Shown here: piece by piece, positions 1-6,855 of the stretch
Layout of the letters: every line of letters starts with the position of its first letter
How positions within the stretch are numbered: position 1 is the stretch's first letter
From: Candidatus Aenigmatarchaeota archaeon
GTDB lineage: Archaea > Aenigmatarchaeota > Aenigmatarchaeia > GW2011-AR5 > JAHLMP01
Reading direction: 5' to 3'
Assembly: GCA_021158665.1 (NCBI GenBank)
Contig: JAGGUE010000057.1
Location: forward strand, 1 to 32,428
DNA: 32,428 bases
Position numbers and translations under genes: made by a program
The notes under the pieces: model-generated
The model's input: only the letters and a program-made list of their open reading frames with translations
What the model was told of the DNA's origin: nothing
The model's database searches: none

Positions 1-34
1 ATAACATTTTTTTCATCTTAAATACCTCAATGGA

Positions 35-56
35 GCTTCATGCGAAAGCTGGGAGC
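35..56. promoter_or_regulatory. GC-clamped tetraloop hairpin (GCTTC-AT-GC-GAAA-GC-T-GGGAGC) about 60 nt upstream of aRF1
   Basis: Read directly from the sequence. It has the same architecture as the hairpins at 17073-17091 and 20048-20067: an outer CTYCC/GGGAG stem, an inner GC/GC stem and a tetraloop. Confidence 0.35.
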
Positions 57-113
57 TGAATTGGGATATTGGCATAATCGAAGAAACCATGGCGCGCATT
101 TGCAGAGGATTAA

Positions 114-1316
114 GTGGTTGGCATGGAAGCGAAATACAAACTGAGAAAACTGCTGAAGCATTTGAGAAGCATAAGAGGCAGGCACACCGAGCTTGTGACG
201 GTTTATGTGCCGAGCGGCTATTCCATAAACGAAATCATCAATCAATTGAAGCAGGAACAGGGAACGGCCGATAATATTAAGTCAAAGCAGGTCAGAAAAA
301 ACGTCACGACCGCTCTGGAAAAAATCACGCGTCATCTTCAATTGTATAAAAGGACGCCCGAAAACGGGTTGGCCATATTCTGCGGGAATGTATCCGAGAA
401 AGAGGGCGTGCCAGACATAGAGTTAAAGGCCATAGAACCCCCGGAGCCAATAAAAGTAAAACTTTACTGGTGCGACCAGATTTTCAGGCTGGAGCCCCTG
501 GAAGAACTTATAAAAGAAAAGGAAGTTTACGGGCTAATCTGCATGGACAAGAGCGAGGCCGACATAGCGGTTTTGAGGGGAAAGAAAATACAGCCCGTCA
601 CTCATATGGAATCCATTGTCCCGGGAAAGACGCGTGCCGGAGGGCAAAGTGCTATGAGGTTCTCAAGGGTTCGCGAGGGCTTAAAGAACGACTGGTTCAA
701 GCAAGTGGGCGAAATCGTTAACAAAACATTCGGCGGCGGGGAAAAAGAAGTTCGCGGAATTATACTGAGCGGTCCGGGCCCGATAAAAGAGGAGTTTCTA
801 AAGGGCGATTATGTTCAGACCGACATTAAGAAAAAGATAATTGGCATCGTTGATACAAGTTATACCGGGGAGTTTGGGCTCCATGAAACAGTTGAAAGGG
901 GAAAGGACATGATCAAAGAGTCGGAAATAATAAAGGAGAAAAAAATTGTTCAGGATTTCCTTTCAGAACTTCAAAAGGGCGGACTCGTTGTATACGGCAT
1001 GAAAGAAACTCTCCGGGCATTGCGAAGCGGTGCCGTGAGCACCCTGCTGCTCAGCGAGGATTTGGAGCGCGAAGAAATAACGTATGAGTGCGCGTGCGGC
1101 GAGGGAAGAACAACCGTGAAAAAAGGCGAAACAATTACGTGCAAAAAATGCGGGCAACGGGTAAAGGTAATTGACAGGAAAGAGTTGATAGACGTTCTTG
1201 AAGAAGAGTGCGAGAAATTCGGCACGAAACTCGAGCTCATATCAGATGATACGCGTGAAGGAAAGCAGTTCAAGCAACTCGGAGGGATTGGCGGTATGTT
1301 GAGATATTTGGTGTAA
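114..1316 (+). CDS. prf1: peptide chain release factor aRF1
   Basis: 400-aa ORF with the NIKS decoding motif (TADNIKSKQ) and the GGQ motif (RAGGQSAMRF). The C-terminal domain carries a Cys-rich zinc-ribbon insert (YECACGEG...CKKCGQ). The Met at 123 is an alternative start. Confidence 0.9.
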   Translation: MVGMEAKYKLRKLLKHLRSIRGRHTELVTVYVPSGYSINEIINQLKQEQGTADNIKSKQVRKNVTTALEKITRHLQLYKRTPENGLAIFCGNVSEKEGVPDIELKAIEPPEPIKVKLYWCDQIFRLEPLEELIKEKEVYGLICMDKSEADIAVLRGKKIQPVTHMESIVPGKTRAGGQSAMRFSRVREGLKNDWFKQVGEIVNKTFGGGEKEVRGIILSGPGPIKEEFLKGDYVQTDIKKKIIGIVDTSYTGEFGLHETVERGKDMIKESEIIKEKKIVQDFLSELQKGGLVVYGMKETLRALRSGAVSTLLLSEDLEREEITYECACGEGRTTVKKGETITCKKCGQRVKVIDRKELIDVLEEECEKFGTKLELISDDTREGKQFKQLGGIGGMLRYLV

Positions 1317-1411
1317 ATATTTTTGCAACAATAATTCTTTAGTGTGATTATATGGCAAAGTTCAGAAAATTCAAACGATACAGAAAAAGGGAGTTGAAAT
1401 AAAGGATTGAT

Positions 1412-2170
1412 TTAAATCTTAACGGGCAATCCGAAAAACCTCGCCGCGTTTTCTCCGCACGTTTTCCACACCTTTTCAAAATCCAATTTCCTGATATCTG
1501 CAATTTTTTCCGCAACCGATTTTATCGACAACGGGTCATTCCTCTTGCCGAACCCAAACCATGGCGAATCGGTTTCCAGTAAAATATTTTCAATCGGCAT
1601 GTCTCTCGCGATTTTCCTATGCGCTTTTGACGTTTTTATTATCGGTCCAATGGATATGCGCCATCCGTTTTCCATAACTCTTTGCAAAAGATTTTTTGAC
1701 CCAAACATATGCATTTGCACGTTTCTGGCATCGCATTTTTCAAGAATTTTTATAGCGTCTTCAACCGCGTCTCTCGCGTGAATAACCAGCGGGAGCTTCA
1801 GATCTTTGGCGAGGTTTATAAACTCAATAAAAAGTTCTTTTTGCTTCTCTCTCAATGTTTCATCTTTAACCCAGAAATAATCAAGGCCGCATTCCCCGAT
1901 CCCGACAATGCTGCTTTTATTCTCCTTTATCCTTCCCATAAATTCATCTTTCTCTTTTTCCCGAATTTCCTTGATGAATTCCGGGTGAATGCCAAACGTG
2001 GCAAAAACAAAGTTTTTATATTTGTTTGTCATTTTAATTGTCAAATCAAAATCACTCGGATGAGCGCAGCATGTTATCACAGCTTTCAGCTCTTTTTTAC
2101 ATTTTTCTATAATTTCATCCCTATCTGCGTCGAAATCCCTTTGCTCCAGATGACAGTGAGAATCTATCAT
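1412..2170 (-). CDS. TatD-family metal-dependent hydrolase/DNase
   Basis: 252-aa ORF. The N-terminal MIDSHCHL motif, later conserved His/Asp residues (VIHARDA, ETDSPW) and the length are typical of TatD. Confidence 0.85.
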   Translation of the reverse strand: MIDSHCHLEQRDFDADRDEIIEKCKKELKAVITCCAHPSDFDLTIKMTNKYKNFVFATFGIHPEFIKEIREKEKDEFMGRIKENKSSIVGIGECGLDYFWVKDETLREKQKELFIEFINLAKDLKLPLVIHARDAVEDAIKILEKCDARNVQMHMFGSKNLLQRVMENGWRISIGPIIKTSKAHRKIARDMPIENILLETDSPWFGFGKRNDPLSIKSVAEKIADIRKLDFEKVWKTCGENAARFFGLPVKI

Positions 2171-2311
2171 GCCAACCCCTTTTAATCTTAAAACCGGGCA
2201 AAACTTCGCTTGCGTATCAATTTATTATTTAACAGCATAAACCTTTTCCAATCTGACAACTTTCTATCGATTAATTTTAATGCATATATAGATTGCGAAC
2301 AAATAAAAAAT

Positions 2312-2587
2312 ATGCTTGGTGAAATTTCACAACTAATATATCATATAATTTTTACCATCGTATATAATACCGCATCTACTTTGGTAATCGTACTAAACGA
2401 CATGCTTCTTATTTTCAAAATCGCATTTACATCCCCGAACACGCTTCTCGGGGTTCTGATAACAAGCGTTGTTCTATCAGCCGTTATTATAGGCCTGTTT
2501 AAGTTTGGCCTCAGCTCTGTGAAAATAATTTTTATAGGATTGGCGCTGCTGTTCGTCATGATTCTTATGCTATTAGTTTTTTTGTAA
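2312..2587 (+). CDS. small hydrophobic membrane protein (hypothetical)
   Basis: The ORF-track entry 2210-2587 starts at a TTG. The first ATG is at 2312 and gives about 91 aa with 2-3 predicted TM segments. I recognise no homology. Confidence 0.3.
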   Translation: MLGEISQLIYHIIFTIVYNTASTLVIVLNDMLLIFKIAFTSPNTLLGVLITSVVLSAVIIGLFKFGLSSVKIIFIGLALLFVMILMLLVFL

Positions 2588-2614
2588 GATCATTTCCAAT
2601 GCTTGAAGAAATAT

Positions 2615-2995
2615 TCACTTCTCGCCGAGCAAAACGGCATTTATAATTCCGTGCTGCCCCGGGCGGGACGTCACCCTGGCTTTGCCCAATTCCGTCTCTA
2701 TGATACACCCCTTTGTAATTACGTTTTGCCTTGTTAAATGCGGGTTTGCATAATTTTCGATGACGGACAAAATCTTAGCTCTTTTGGTCTCTTTGCCAAC
2801 GGTTATATTTGCAAAATTTTCCGATAATAGAGAAATTTTAACATTACCGCCGGTTACTCGTATCTTTCTGATTTTCCTTTTTTCAATTTTAGTTGGGACG
2901 AAATCCCTGCCCCTTTCTCTCTTTTTCTTTTTTGCGTTTTTTTTCAGCCGACCTCCAGTCAATTTTCTTTTTGATTTTCTTTGCCATAATGTCAT
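2615..2995 (-). CDS. rps8e: 30S ribosomal protein S8e
   Basis: 126 aa. The N-terminus MTLWQRKSKRKLTGGR and the basic KKKKRERG segment are typical of S8e. Confidence 0.9.
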   Translation of the reverse strand: MTLWQRKSKRKLTGGRLKKNAKKKKRERGRDFVPTKIEKRKIRKIRVTGGNVKISLLSENFANITVGKETKRAKILSVIENYANPHLTRQNVITKGCIIETELGKARVTSRPGQHGIINAVLLGEK

Positions 2996-3103
2996 AAATC
3001 ATCAACCGATTAAAGATAAATTATTTTAAATCATTGAATATCTAATGATTTAAATACTTATCTATTTAAAATTTATTACAAATTTAAGTTAAGGTGTTTT
3101 GAT

Positions 3104-3319
3104 TTGGAAAGACCTATCGATGTATTGAATAGCGCAAAAGGAAAGCGAGTGTTGATAAGATTAAAGAATGGCATAGAAATTTCAGGAATATTGCAAGCGA
3201 TGGACCTACACTTAAACATGTGGTTAAATGAAGCCGAACAGTTAACGAACAGCGAAAAAACGAAGCTCGGCACGGTTTTGGTGAGGGGAGATAACATTCT
3301 TTTCGTATCTCCGGAGTAG
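3104..3319 (+). CDS. Sm-like (LSm/SmAP) RNA-binding protein
   Basis: 71 aa with Sm1/Sm2 motifs (KRVLIRLKNGIEISGILQAMDLHLNMWL ... VLVRGDNILFVSP). It has a TTG start and lies upstream of L37e, the conserved archaeal LSm-L37e pairing. Confidence 0.85.
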   Translation: MERPIDVLNSAKGKRVLIRLKNGIEISGILQAMDLHLNMWLNEAEQLTNSEKTKLGTVLVRGDNILFVSPE

Positions 3320-3494
3320 CTCACTTGCCTTTTATTTCATAGTTTCAAATACCAGTTAAAGCGAAGATAAATAGACAGTTGAAGTTCGAAAAACTTTAAC
3401 TTAATGTGCGTTAAGTTAATTTTCAAAACTTTCTGATTTGTCTCGGTAAAGATAAATATCTCATTTGTTTTAATGAGCCGCGAGGTAATTTTAT

Positions 3495-3680
3495 ATGACA
3501 AAAGGAACGCCGTCTTTTGGCAAGCATAACAAAATAATTCATATAAGATGCAGGCGCTGTGGCAGGCATTCATATAACATAAAAACCAGTATCTGCTCCG
3601 CTTGCGGATTTGGCAAATCAAAAAAACTGAAAAACGAAGCGTGGAAATGGAAAAGTGTTAACAGAAACAGAAAATACTGA
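3495..3680 (+). CDS. rpl37e: 50S ribosomal protein L37e
   Basis: 61 aa: [29 protein letters not shown], the zinc-ribbon signature of L37e. A GAGGT Shine-Dalgarno sequence lies 8 nt upstream. Confidence 0.9.
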   Translation: MTKGTPSFGKHNKIIHIRCRRCGRHSYNIKTSICSACGFGKSKKLKNEAWKWKSVNRNRKY

Positions 3681-3800
3681 TTCTCATTTAAGATTTTAAT
3701 TTATTTAAGTAAGGTATATAAATAACATGGGCCTGTAGCTCAGTCTGGTAGAGCGTTCGAATTTATGGCGATGCTCTTAACCGAACGGTCGCGGGTTCGA

Positions 3801-4308
3801 AATACCTTTCTCTCTTAAAAAGAGAGAAAGACTATCGGAAAGAGAGAAATTCGGGCGAAAAATCAAAAGATTTTTCGCATATATTATTGAGAGAAAGACC
3901 ATTGGAAAATCGCAGGAGGAGTTCAACAAAAGAAGATAAAATAATTGAACTCCGACGAGAAGAGAGCAGGAGGTTTTTGCTAAATAGAAAATAAAATAAC
4001 AGAAACCGACGAGAAGAGAGCAGGAAGAGTTCGCCAATTACAAATAATATAAAAGTGAACTCCGACGAGAATCGCAGGAGGTTTTCGCCAATTTATAAAT
4101 AATATAAAAGCCGAAAACCGACGAGAACGGAGAAAAAATTCGGGCGAAAAATCAAAAGATTTTTCGCACATAATTAAGAAAAAGACCAAAGGAAAAAAAT
4201 ATCTTGTTATAATTAATAAAAAAATAATATATGCGAATGAAATGAGCCAAAGTCTTTCTTTTTCCGCAAGTCTTTTTCTTTCTCTGAAAGAAAAAGGTTG
4301 AACGAGAA
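3801..4308 (+). other. giant modular T-loop intron/insert of tRNA-Lys (family shared with tRNA-Val)
   Basis: The 5' 47 nt (ATACCTTTCTCTCTTAAAAAGAGAGAAAGACTATCGGAAAGAGAGAA) are identical to the start of the insert in tRNA-Val. About 110 nt at the 3' end are near-identical. The interior contains 2 A-modules and 4 B-modules. Terminal hairpins lie at 3805-3829 (11 bp) and 4272-4296 (10 bp). Confidence 0.7.
3905..4126 (+). repeat. tandem array of four 54-56-nt hairpin modules (B-modules) inside the tRNA-Lys insert
   Basis: CCGACGAGAA recurs at 3951, 4005, 4061 and 4117, and GCAGGAG/GCAGGAA at 3911, 3965, 4019 and 4073. Each unit is GCAGGA + 8-9-bp stem + AT-rich 18-20-nt loop + stem + CCGACGAGAA. 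The stem sequences differ between units but stay complementary. Confidence 0.8.
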
Positions 4309-4349
4309 TCCCGTCGGGCCCACTTATTTTCTAAACCAGAGGGACTTGC

Positions 4350-5258
4350 ATGTTAATGGATTCTGAAAATCTCAGAGAGCTTATTAATATTGTGAGCAAA
4401 CGGTCTAAACATAAATCAAAGATATTATTGCAGATACCCGAAGGGCTAAAATGCAATGTCATTGAAATAATAGATAACCTGAAAAGGTTGGGGCATGACG
4501 TGGTTTTGTCAGCCGAGCCATGCTACGGAGCTTGTGATATAAGGGACTATGAAGCAAAAAAAATGGGTTGCGATCTTATTCTTCATCTCGGGCATAGGAA
4601 ATTCTATAAGAAATTTAAGACAATTGTTCCAGTAATCTACTTCCCAATAAAATTGAGTGTAAAATATAATCCGGTTGAACTTAAAAAAATTTCATACAAA
4701 AAAATAGGCCTTATATCCACGGTCCATCATGTTGAAACGTTAAAAGACATTTCGAGGGATTTGAAAAATATTGGCAAGAGCTCTGTAATCGGCGGTGAGA
4801 TACTTGGCTGCTACACAAAAAACGCGTCTAAAATAGAAAAAAACGTCGACTGTTTTCTATTTGTTGGTAGCGGGGAGTTCCATGCGTCTGGACTTGTAAC
4901 GGAAAAGCCCGTTTATATTTTTGATTTGGAAAAAAATAAAGTTAGGTTAATAAATAAAATGAAAAGATTGAAAATATTGCATGCCAATTTGGCAAAATTA
5001 GATGATGCAAAAAAAATTGGAATCTTGATTTCAACAAAAAAAGGTCAATTCTTTGATTTAAATAGAATTGAAAAATTAAAAAATAAGTTGAAAAAAATGA
5101 ATAAAAAAGCATACGTCTTAGTTATGGACAACATAACAAATGAAAAACTAACCGGGCTAAAGATTGACTATTTTATAAATACGGCATGCCCGAGAATAGT
5201 TGAAGACGGGTTTGACAAGCCAGTTATAAACGCGCGCGACCTTTTCGGGAGTATATAG
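4350..5258 (+). CDS. dph2: diphthamide synthesis enzyme Dph2 (2-(3-amino-3-carboxypropyl)histidine synthase)
   Basis: 302 aa. The LQIPEGLK motif, conserved Cys residues (EPCYGACD, TACPR) and the length are typical of archaeal Dph2. Confidence 0.8.
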   Translation: MLMDSENLRELINIVSKRSKHKSKILLQIPEGLKCNVIEIIDNLKRLGHDVVLSAEPCYGACDIRDYEAKKMGCDLILHLGHRKFYKKFKTIVPVIYFPIKLSVKYNPVELKKISYKKIGLISTVHHVETLKDISRDLKNIGKSSVIGGEILGCYTKNASKIEKNVDCFLFVGSGEFHASGLVTEKPVYIFDLEKNKVRLINKMKRLKILHANLAKLDDAKKIGILISTKKGQFFDLNRIEKLKNKLKKMNKKAYVLVMDNITNEKLTGLKIDYFINTACPRIVEDGFDKPVINARDLFGSI

Positions 5259-5378
5259 CTGTCTTGACATATATGAATAAGGTCCATGGACATTAGCGTT
5301 ATTTATGGCGACCGACCCGTTAATTTTGCAATGCCTATATACAATTCACAAAAAATAAAAAGAAAAAAAAGAAAAAAA

Positions 5379-5612
5379 TTACTCTTGTTTTTCTTCCGAG
5401 CCCCCTTCTGTTGCTTCTTCTGTCTTCTCTTCTTCTGGCTGTTCCTCCTTTTTCTCTTCCGTTACCTCTTCCTTTGGTTGCTCTTCTGTTTCTTCTTTCT
5501 TCTCTTCTTCTGGCTGTTCCTCTCCTGACTGTTCTTCTGACACTTCCTCTTGTTTCTCTTCTTCCTTAGGCTGTTCTTCTATTTTATTTTCTTCGTCAGT
5601 CATTTTTTTCAC
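5379..5612 (-). CDS. small, extremely acidic low-complexity protein (E/K/Q/P repeats)
   Basis: 77 aa with repeated EEQPEEEK / EEQPKEE units. It has an ATG start preceded by AGGTGA 7 nt upstream. I recognise no family. Confidence 0.45.
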   Translation of the reverse strand: MKKMTDEENKIEEQPKEEEKQEEVSEEQSGEEQPEEEKKEETEEQPKEEVTEEKKEEQPEEEKTEEATEGGSEEKQE

Positions 5613-5624
5613 CTTTAATGGATG

Positions 5625-5704
5625 AACAAACTGGCATTTGCCGTATTCACAACTTCTTGTTAAAGGCGATGAAAAGGGAAAGAAGTTGTGAATTACCAGT
5701 TGTT
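5625..5704. repeat. 80-nt imperfect hairpin containing a perfect 14-bp inverted repeat
   Basis: ATTCACAACTTCTT (5645-5658) pairs with AAGAAGTTGTGAAT (5680-5693) around a 21-nt loop. An outer stem AACAAACTGG (5625-5634) / CCAGTTGTT (5696-5704) extends it. It lies between the start of the acidic-protein gene and tRNA-Gly. Confidence 0.6.
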
Positions 5705-5804
5705 ATAAGAATAATACTTAGAGTAAAACTTTAAATTATTTTATTTTTCGTATTATTAACAACATGAAAAATAAAAAAATAATTAATAAACATATATTTT
5801 AGAC

Positions 5805-5875
5805 GCATCAATGATCTAACGGTATGATATCAGCTTCCCAAGCTGATTATGCGGGTTCGACTCCCGCTTGATGCA
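5805..5875 (+). tRNA. tRNA-Gly(CCC), no intron
   Basis: Acceptor GCATCAA/TTGATGC+A, anticodon arm TCAGC TTCCCAA GCTGA, T-arm GCGGG TTCGACT CCCGC. Length 71 nt. Confidence 0.9.
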
Positions 5876-5876
5876 T
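5865..5876 (+). repeat. direct repeat, left copy (CGCTTGATGCAT; 3' end of tRNA-Gly)
   Basis: The exact 12-mer recurs at 7255-7266. Degenerate partial copies are at 5887-5900 (GTTCGATGCATGGG) and 5921-5932. Confidence 0.7.
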
Positions 5877-6008
5877 AGGTCAGAAAGTTCGATGCATGGG
5901 CATGGTTAATAAGCCATCCGGTGCATGGTGCTTTTATGTCTGATATACACAATTACAGATTAAAACTTGAACGAGGGATGAAATTAGTAAAAAAAGGGTT
6001 CTAACATC

Positions 6009-6212
6009 TCAAAGAAAAACGGGCAAGACGAGCGCGTATTTCGGTTTTCTTGTTCTCAGATACAGATAGCCCATAACCCAGATTGTTGTCAGAATAGCAA
6101 TAATAGGATAGCCAACCTCTGGATTTGCGAGGCAGAAACGCATGAGCGGGTTGCCCTCTATCTCCGGACCCTTTCTTTCTCTCCCTTCTTGACTGCTGGT
6201 CACTTTAAGCAT
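6009..6212 (-). CDS. hypothetical small membrane protein
   Basis: 67-aa ORF with an ATG start and one C-terminal TM segment. It overlaps the end of the NYN ORF by 13 nt. I recognise no homology. Confidence 0.2.
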   Translation of the reverse strand: MLKVTSSQEGRERKGPEIEGNPLMRFCLANPEVGYPIIAILTTIWVMGYLYLRTRKPKYALVLPVFL

Positions 6213-6855
6213 TCTCTTATCAATAAATTTGCACTTAAAACAAAAAACTTTACTCTTTGCCTGAGTTCATACGCATAGCCTCTGGTTAAAAAGGCACTAA
6301 ATACTTTCTTTCCATTCTTTTTTATCAAATCTAATACGGGAATAAAATCTGCGTCACCGGAAATTAAAATACAGCAATCGCATTTATTCTGAACTACACT
6401 TAAATTAAGCATATCTATTGCTATCATTACATCTATACCTTTCTCTCTCTTTTTGATATTACCTATACAATCAAAACACATACTCTCAACTATTGGTTTG
6501 CATTTATCGCACAAATCTAAAGTAGATAATATTTCTTTCTTTTCCTGCAAAACCTCATGAGTAGAACTTCTTTGTAGTTTTCTTGTCTTAACATCAAATT
6601 TTGGCAATCTCTCAATTTCATTCAAGAATTTCATATGAGAATGATACATTCCTTTTCCATCTTCAATGCTTGGAACAGAGTTGTAATATATAGATTTTTT
6701 ATGAACACAATTAAAATGGAAGCATACTCACTTAATTTATAGAAATCTATATAACTTGGTTTTATTTTCATAAGTTTTACATTGTGATAAAAGTTATTTC
6801 CATCTATAAACACAAATGCCTTTGTTGGCCTAACTTCAGCTGGCATATTATTCAC
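6200..6855 (-). pseudogene. NYN/LabA-like (DUF88) domain gene interrupted by a single-base frameshift
   Basis: ORF 6631-6855 encodes the NYN N-terminus (AFVFIDGNNFYHN...KLSEYAS). The rest continues in another frame (..HFNCVHKKSIYYNSVPSIEDGKGMYHSH.. EKGIDVMIAIDML .. ILISGDADFIPVLDLIKKNGKKV), which opens just after a TGA near 6722. The frame change maps to about 6710-6725. Confidence 0.7.

Larger units (their letters stand above)
3728..4322 (+). tRNA. tRNA-Lys(CUU) with a 13-nt intron at 30/31 and an approximately 508-nt insertion/intron in the T-loop (about 59/60)
   Basis: I reconstructed the cloverleaf by hand. Acceptor GGGCCTG/CGGGCCC+A, and D-arm GCTC..GAGC. The anticodon arm TTCG[3759-3771 removed]G CTCTTAA CCGAA gives the anticodon CTT. 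Variable loop CGGTC, T-stem GCGGG (3790-3794) / CCCGT (4310-4314). The T-loop is TTCGAA (3795-3800) plus T (4309). The exact junction is ambiguous by 1-3 nt because of A-runs. Confidence 0.75.

Noticed and set aside
1054-1170. Zinc-ribbon insertion (CACGEG...CKKCGQ) in the C-terminal domain of aRF1.
   Set aside because: From memory, Cys-rich mini-domains at this position occur in a number of archaeal aRF1 proteins, so this is probably a lineage feature rather than a novelty.
1352-1402. 16-codon highly basic ORF (MAKFRKFKRYRKRELK) just after aRF1, reminiscent of tiny basic ribosomal proteins such as L41e.
   Set aside because: It is too short and has no usable signal other than composition. 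It cannot be supported from sequence alone.
3905-4126. The regularly spaced 54-56-nt repeats could be a CRISPR array.
   Set aside because: The variable parts are self-complementary stems plus AT-rich loops, not unique spacers. The conserved parts are only about 10 + 7 nt. The array lies inside a tRNA gene, and no cas genes or leader are present.
3777-4189. ORFs 3777-4037 and 3980-4189 (minus strand) inside the tRNA-Lys insert. The same applies to ORFs 8583-8786, 8611-8808, 8739-8921 and 8780-9151 in or around the tRNA-Val insert.
   Set aside because: They are low-complexity translations of the repeat modules (poly-F/L/S/K), and they overlap tRNA exons or each other. There is no start context and no homing-endonuclease or other recognisable motif.
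3801-4308. Integrase-mediated integration of a provirus or plasmid into the tRNA-Lys and tRNA-Val genes.
   Set aside because: Integration at tRNA genes duplicates the 3' part of the tRNA and leaves an intact gene copy. Here there is no duplicated 3' half, and the only 3' half lies beyond the insert. The inserts are 0.4-0.5 kb and non-coding. A MITE-like origin remains possible as the evolutionary source, because the ends are imperfect inverted repeats and are flanked by AA/GAA. That possibility is noted under the findings.
5286-5528. 80-aa plus-strand ORF rich in F/L/C.
   Set aside because: It is the antisense shadow of the acidic repeat ORF 5379-5612, and its composition is implausible.
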